DNA of 64,000 nt. Source: Octopus sinensis (Eukaryota). Of this stretch, positions 59,533 through 64,000 are shown one piece after another (position 1 is the stretch's first letter; each line of letters begins with the position of its first letter). Under the pieces are notes generated by a model. It saw nothing but the letters and a program-made list of their open reading frames with translations, had not been told where the DNA came from and did no database searches. Location: contig NC_043007.1 of the NCBI RefSeq assembly GCF_006345805.1, positions 20,708,001-20,772,000 of the forward strand, given 5' to 3'. The position numbers were made by a program, and so were the translations under genes.

Positions 59533-60391
59533 TTTATGTATGTATGTATGTATGTATGTATATATATATATAATCATCATCATCGTGATCATTTAGCATC
59601 CGTTGTCCATGCTGGCATGGGTTGGACAGTTTGAGCAGGGCTGGAAGGCTGCACCAGACTCCAGTTCGATTTGGCAATGGTTTTCTACTGCTGGATGCCC
59701 ATCCTAATGCCAACTACTCCAAGAGTGTAATGGGTGCTTTTACATGCCACCGGCACGGGTGCCATTTGCGTGACACCAGTATCTGCCACAACTGTAATTT
59801 TGCTCAGCTTGATGGGTCTTCTTCTCAAGCACAACGCAATGCCAAAGGTCTTGGTCATTGCCTCCATGAGGCCCAAAACTCAAAAGGACCTTCTCATGTG
59901 CCATTGGCATCAGCCACTTTGCCTCTGTGAGGCCCAATGCTCAAAAGGTACTTTTTACATGCCACCAGCACGGGTATCAGTTATACAATACCAGAGTTAC
60001 TCACACACACGTGCACGCATCATCATTTAAGATCTTTTTCCATGCTCCCCTACTACTTCTGCTCGTGATCAGAGATGCCCATATCGTCAGCCACTAAGGG
60101 ACATGGTCTACTGGTTAAGGTCAAACAACTGACAAACAAATCTGTGGTATTGAGCAGAATATTTGCTGTAGCCCATCTTTTATACTAAGACAAAACAATG
60201 TACATGATAACACTTCCAGTCAGTTAAGATCAAAAGCCATGAGAGCCACTGCCTGGTACTGCATCAGGGCATTATTATTATTATTATTATCATTAAGTTT
60301 TGAGGGTTGCATATTGCGTTGAATGCGAACTTGCTGAAGGAAAAGATGACTAATGGAGAATTAGAAACCGAAATTCCAAGTATCCATTTAC

Positions 60392-60567
60392 CTTTTCAAG
60401 TGGGATATCAATTTTACCCATTGGGACATCTCCTCCAGTACGTTTGTACACAAAGACCTGCTTTACACTTGGACATTTCGATACAGCTGCATCAACTATT
60501 TTCTTTAACTCTAGGATTTTCCCACCTCTAACTCCTTGATCAGCAGTTATCACTGTATTCACTTGAG
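60392..60567 (-). CDS. ACSS1: ACSS1-like exon (176 bp)
   Basis: (A)QVNTVITADQGVRGGKILELKKIVDAAVSKCPSVKQVFVYKRTG...IPLEK. Confidence 0.95.
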
Positions 60568-60791
60568 CTGTAAACAAAATCAATGAATATATAAACTTAA
60601 ATAGAGAATATATAAACATATAAACGAATATATAACTTATAAACGAATATATAATTATATATAAACTTATAAACAAATATATAAACTTGAATAGAGAAAA
60701 AAAACAGAATTATGCATGTTCACATTTTCAAATATTGTTTCTAATTTTGACACAAGACCAGCAATTTTAGAGGAGGGATAAGTTGATTATA

Positions 60792-61380
60792 TCATCATCA
60801 TCATCCTCATCATTTAACGTCCGTTTTCCATGCTAGCATGGGTTGGACGATTTGACAGGTCTGGCGAACCAGATGGCTGCACCAGACTCCAATCTGATCT
60901 GGCAGAGTTTCTACAGCTCGATGCCTTTCCTAATGCCAACCACTCTGAGAGAGTGTAGTGGGTGCTTTTACGTGCCACCAGCCATGCTCAAATGGTACTT
61001 TTTATGTGCCACCTGCACAGGTGCCAGTCCAGCAGCACTGGCAATGACCTTGCTCGAATGTTTTTTCACGTACCACCAGCATAAGTGCTAGTAAGGTGAT
61101 GCAGGTAATGATCACGCTCGAATGATGTTTTTAACGTGCCATTGGCATGGAAGCCAGCTTGTTGCTCTGGCAATGATCTCACTTGTATGGTACTCTTAGT
61201 GCTCCACTAGCACAGATGCCAGTCATCGAATTTGATTTCGATTTCGATTTCACTTGCCTCAACAGATCTTCGCAAGCAGAGTTTAGTGTCCAATGAAGGA
61301 AAGGCACGCATAAGTGGGCTGGTTACACCCCTGGCATAGGCCACAGGTTATGGTCTCACTTGAGCTTGCCGAGTCTTATC
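60792..61380 (-). mobile_element. Meta/RTE-tailed retroposon
   Basis: Family consensus from the (CAT)n tail to ggtctcacttg. Confidence 0.75.
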
Positions 61381-61438
61381 AACTGAAAACAAAATGTGAA
61401 ATGAATATTTTTCAACCTTAATCGTGTTTTATTTTAAA

Positions 61439-61740
61439 CTAGCAGTATCGCCCGGCGTTGCTCGGGTTTGTAAGGGAAATAACTATATAAGCATTTTTAG
61501 AGAGTTACTTCCCTTATATAATAGCAAAAAAATGCATTAAAAATGGGAAAAGATGATGGTAAATTATTTTTAAAATCGTAGACTCATCGTAGACGCGAGC
61601 TAATACCCAGAAGGGCTCGATATGAATCACGACTATAAGATACCCGGTTTGGGTTAAACTGTACCGCAAAATGTGGGAGTAGTTAGGAATCTAAATCGTA
61701 GGAGACAGACACCACACAACTTTACTTTTATATATAAAGA
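61439..61740 (-). mobile_element. Non-autonomous Helitron; same 3' end as 49699-50071 but a different body
   Basis: TC start, cccgagcaacgccggg hairpin, CTAG end, A/T target. Confidence 0.78.
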
Positions 61741-61777
61741 TATAACATTTCAATAATCAAAAATAAATCTGACTAAC

Positions 61778-61977
61778 CATCTTGAATCCTCCCTGCTAAT
61801 GCTTCATCACTGAATCCTGCAAAGACCACACAGTGAACAGCACCGATTCGTGCACAAGCTAACATGGCTGTCACAGCTACTGGACACTTCGGCATATAGA
61901 TAGCCACTCGATCTCCTTTACTCACATTGTGCTGAAGAAGCATGTTACCCATCTGGTTAACCATATGGTACAGCTCT
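61778..61977 (-). CDS. ACSS1: ACSS1-like exon (200 bp), the most 5' exon found in the window
   Basis: [66 protein letters not shown]. Confidence 0.96.
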
Positions 61978-62377
61978 CTGGAATAAAAATAAAAATTTAA
62001 AACAATGTCCATGTTAGACATTATTCAACAGTTTCTTTTCCCAAAAGTTGGTTCCTACACTGACATGTAATTCACTCTCACCCTCGCTCATCTTTCCTTG
62101 TCTCAATATTAGCAACAATCACCATTTAGGACGGAGGCCTGCCTTCCCTGCTTCTCTAATTTCATTTCTGTCTCCACCACTCTCTGAATTCCTCTATCAG
62201 CATTAGATATCTAGCTCACCTCCAACAAACTTCAGTGCACAAAAACTCCTTACATATTGACATGATTAACACTGGGGACCACATGTTTGCCATCTCTAAC
62301 TACTTTAATAATTCTGTTTTGTCGTGAGCTCATAGCATTAAATAGTGTTGATTATTCAAAAGCCTTTGATTTCTTTC

Positions 62378-62960
62378 TTACCTATTTCTTTACTACCCAC
62401 AAGGGGCTAAACATAGAGAGGACAAACAAGGACAGACAAATGGATTAAGTGCATAACTGGTACTTATTTAATTGACCCCGAAAGGATGAAAGGCAAAGTC
62501 AACCTCGGCGGAATTTGAACTCAGAACGTAGCGGCAGACGAAATACCTATTTCTTTACTACACACAAGGGGCTAAACACTGAGGGGACAAACAAAGACAG
62601 ACAAACGGATTAAGTCGATTACATCGACCCCAGTGCATAACTGGTACTTAATTTATCGACCCCGAAAGGATGAAAGGCAAAGTCGACCTCGGCGGAATTT
62701 GAACTCAGAACGTAGCGGCAGACGAAATACCTATTTCTTTACTACCCACAAGGGTCTAAACACGGAGGGGACAAACAAGGACAGACATAGGTATTAAGTC
62801 GATTATATCGATCCCAGTGCGTAACTGGTACTTATTTAATCGACCCCAAAAGGATGACAGGCAAAGTCGACCTCGGCGGAATTTGAACTCAGAACGTAAC
62901 CGCAGACGAAATACCGCTAAGCACTTCACCCGACGTGCTAACGATTCTGCCAGCTCGCCA
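62378..62960 (-). mobile_element. Nin-domain SINE with three tandem internal units
   Basis: tacctatttctttactacccacaaggggctaaac...gcagacgaaatacc occurs three times behind a single head. Confidence 0.88.
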
Positions 62961-63055
62961 CCTTTTTTTCTTACTTACCTGATTTCTTTCTTAACTCCAA
63001 ACCTACACAAACTCTGCATCTTGTAGTCATATTTAATACTGCCTATTCATTGGTT

Positions 63056-63378
63056 GAAGGCACGTGGCTTAGTGGTTAGGGGCATTTGGCTCATGATCGT
63101 AAGGTCGTGAGTTCAATTCCCGGTGGCACGTTGTGTCTTTGAGCAAGACACTTTATTTCTCATTGCTCCAGTCCACTCAGCTGGCAAAAATGAGTAGTAC
63201 CTGTATTTCAAAGGGCCAACCTTGTCACACTCTGTGTCACACTGAATCTTCCCTAGAACTACGTTAAGGGTACACGTGTCCAAGGAGTGCTCAGCCACTT
63301 GCACATTAATTTCACGAGCAAGCTGTTCCTTTGATCATATCAGCTGGGACCCTCGTCGTCGCAACTGACGGAGTGCTC
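63056..63378 (+). mobile_element. tRNA-derived CORE-like SINE
   Basis: ggcacgtggcttagtggttaggg head; ttgtgtctttgagcaagacacttt domain. Confidence 0.75.
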
Positions 63379-63596
63379 CTTTATTCCTGGGTTCCAATCC
63401 TATATCCATCCAGTGCAAAAATCTCTTCTGTCCTTTGAACACTCTGGTATTTTCAATTAGCTAATTTATTACATCTCTACATTTAAATTTAATTTGTCAA
63501 ATTAAATTTAAATGTTGAATTGAATCTAATGGATTTTGTGTGTTTCTTAAATGGCTTATAAACACCTTCCATGCTGCAATTGCTTATATATATGTG

Positions 63597-63784
63597 TCGG
63601 TGGCACATAAAATCACCCACTACACTCTCGGAGTGGTTGGCGTTAGGAAGGACATCCAGCTGTAGAAACACTGCCAGATCTGACTGGCCTGGTGCAGCCT
63701 TCGGGCTTGCCAGACCCCAGTTGAACCATCCAACCCATGCTAGCATGGAAAGCGGACGTTAAACGATGATGATGATGATGATGA

Positions 63785-63788
<4 letters not shown>
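63597..63788 (+). mobile_element. Meta/RTE-tailed retroposon 3' end
   Basis: ggcgttaggaaggacatccagctgtag; (GAT)n tail. Confidence 0.75.
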
Positions 63789-63840
<52 letters not shown>

Positions 63841-64000
63841 TAATGATAAACAAAATTTCAGAGTGTAACTTAACCAAGAGTACATTAGACGATCAATCAG
63901 TTAAAAGAGAATGTATGGAAACAAATTTTATTATCATTATCATTATTATTATTTACTTTTAATCTGCATGTTTGTTACAATCACTTGCCAAGACACACCC

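Noticed and set aside
60225-60275. Possible HDV-like ribozyme at the end of the TAA-embedded element
   Set aside because: The nested double pseudoknot could not be assembled by eye.

Overview
AT-rich, microsatellite- and SINE-dense eukaryotic genomic DNA. The repeat families and intron style point to a coleoid cephalopod, most likely Octopus (inference). Three host genes are visible. (1) The last coding exon of a stonin/stoned-B gene (+, 8060-8361). (2) An SLX4/BTBD12-like nuclease scaffold encoded by one uninterrupted 6.6-kb ORF (+, 31943-38509); it has three UBZ-type fingers, a BTB and a SAP-like domain, and two copies of the C-terminal SLX1-binding domain. (3) Twelve exons of an acetyl-CoA synthetase, ACSS1-like (-, 61977 to 44082), whose 5' exons lie beyond the window. 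The rest is tRNA-derived SINEs of several families, R4/Dong, RTE, CR1/Jockey and Penelope LINE fragments, Tc1/mariner and piggyBac-type MITEs, Helitrons and simple repeats. The most unusual signal is a set of minimal type I hammerhead ribozyme folds with palindromic stem III, in unrelated short elements beside (TA)n tracts. None has the canonical CUGANGA core: they show A3-U8, U3-A8 and two independent C4 variants. All folds and alignments were read by eye and nothing was computed. Most ORFs in the supplied track are microsatellite artefacts.
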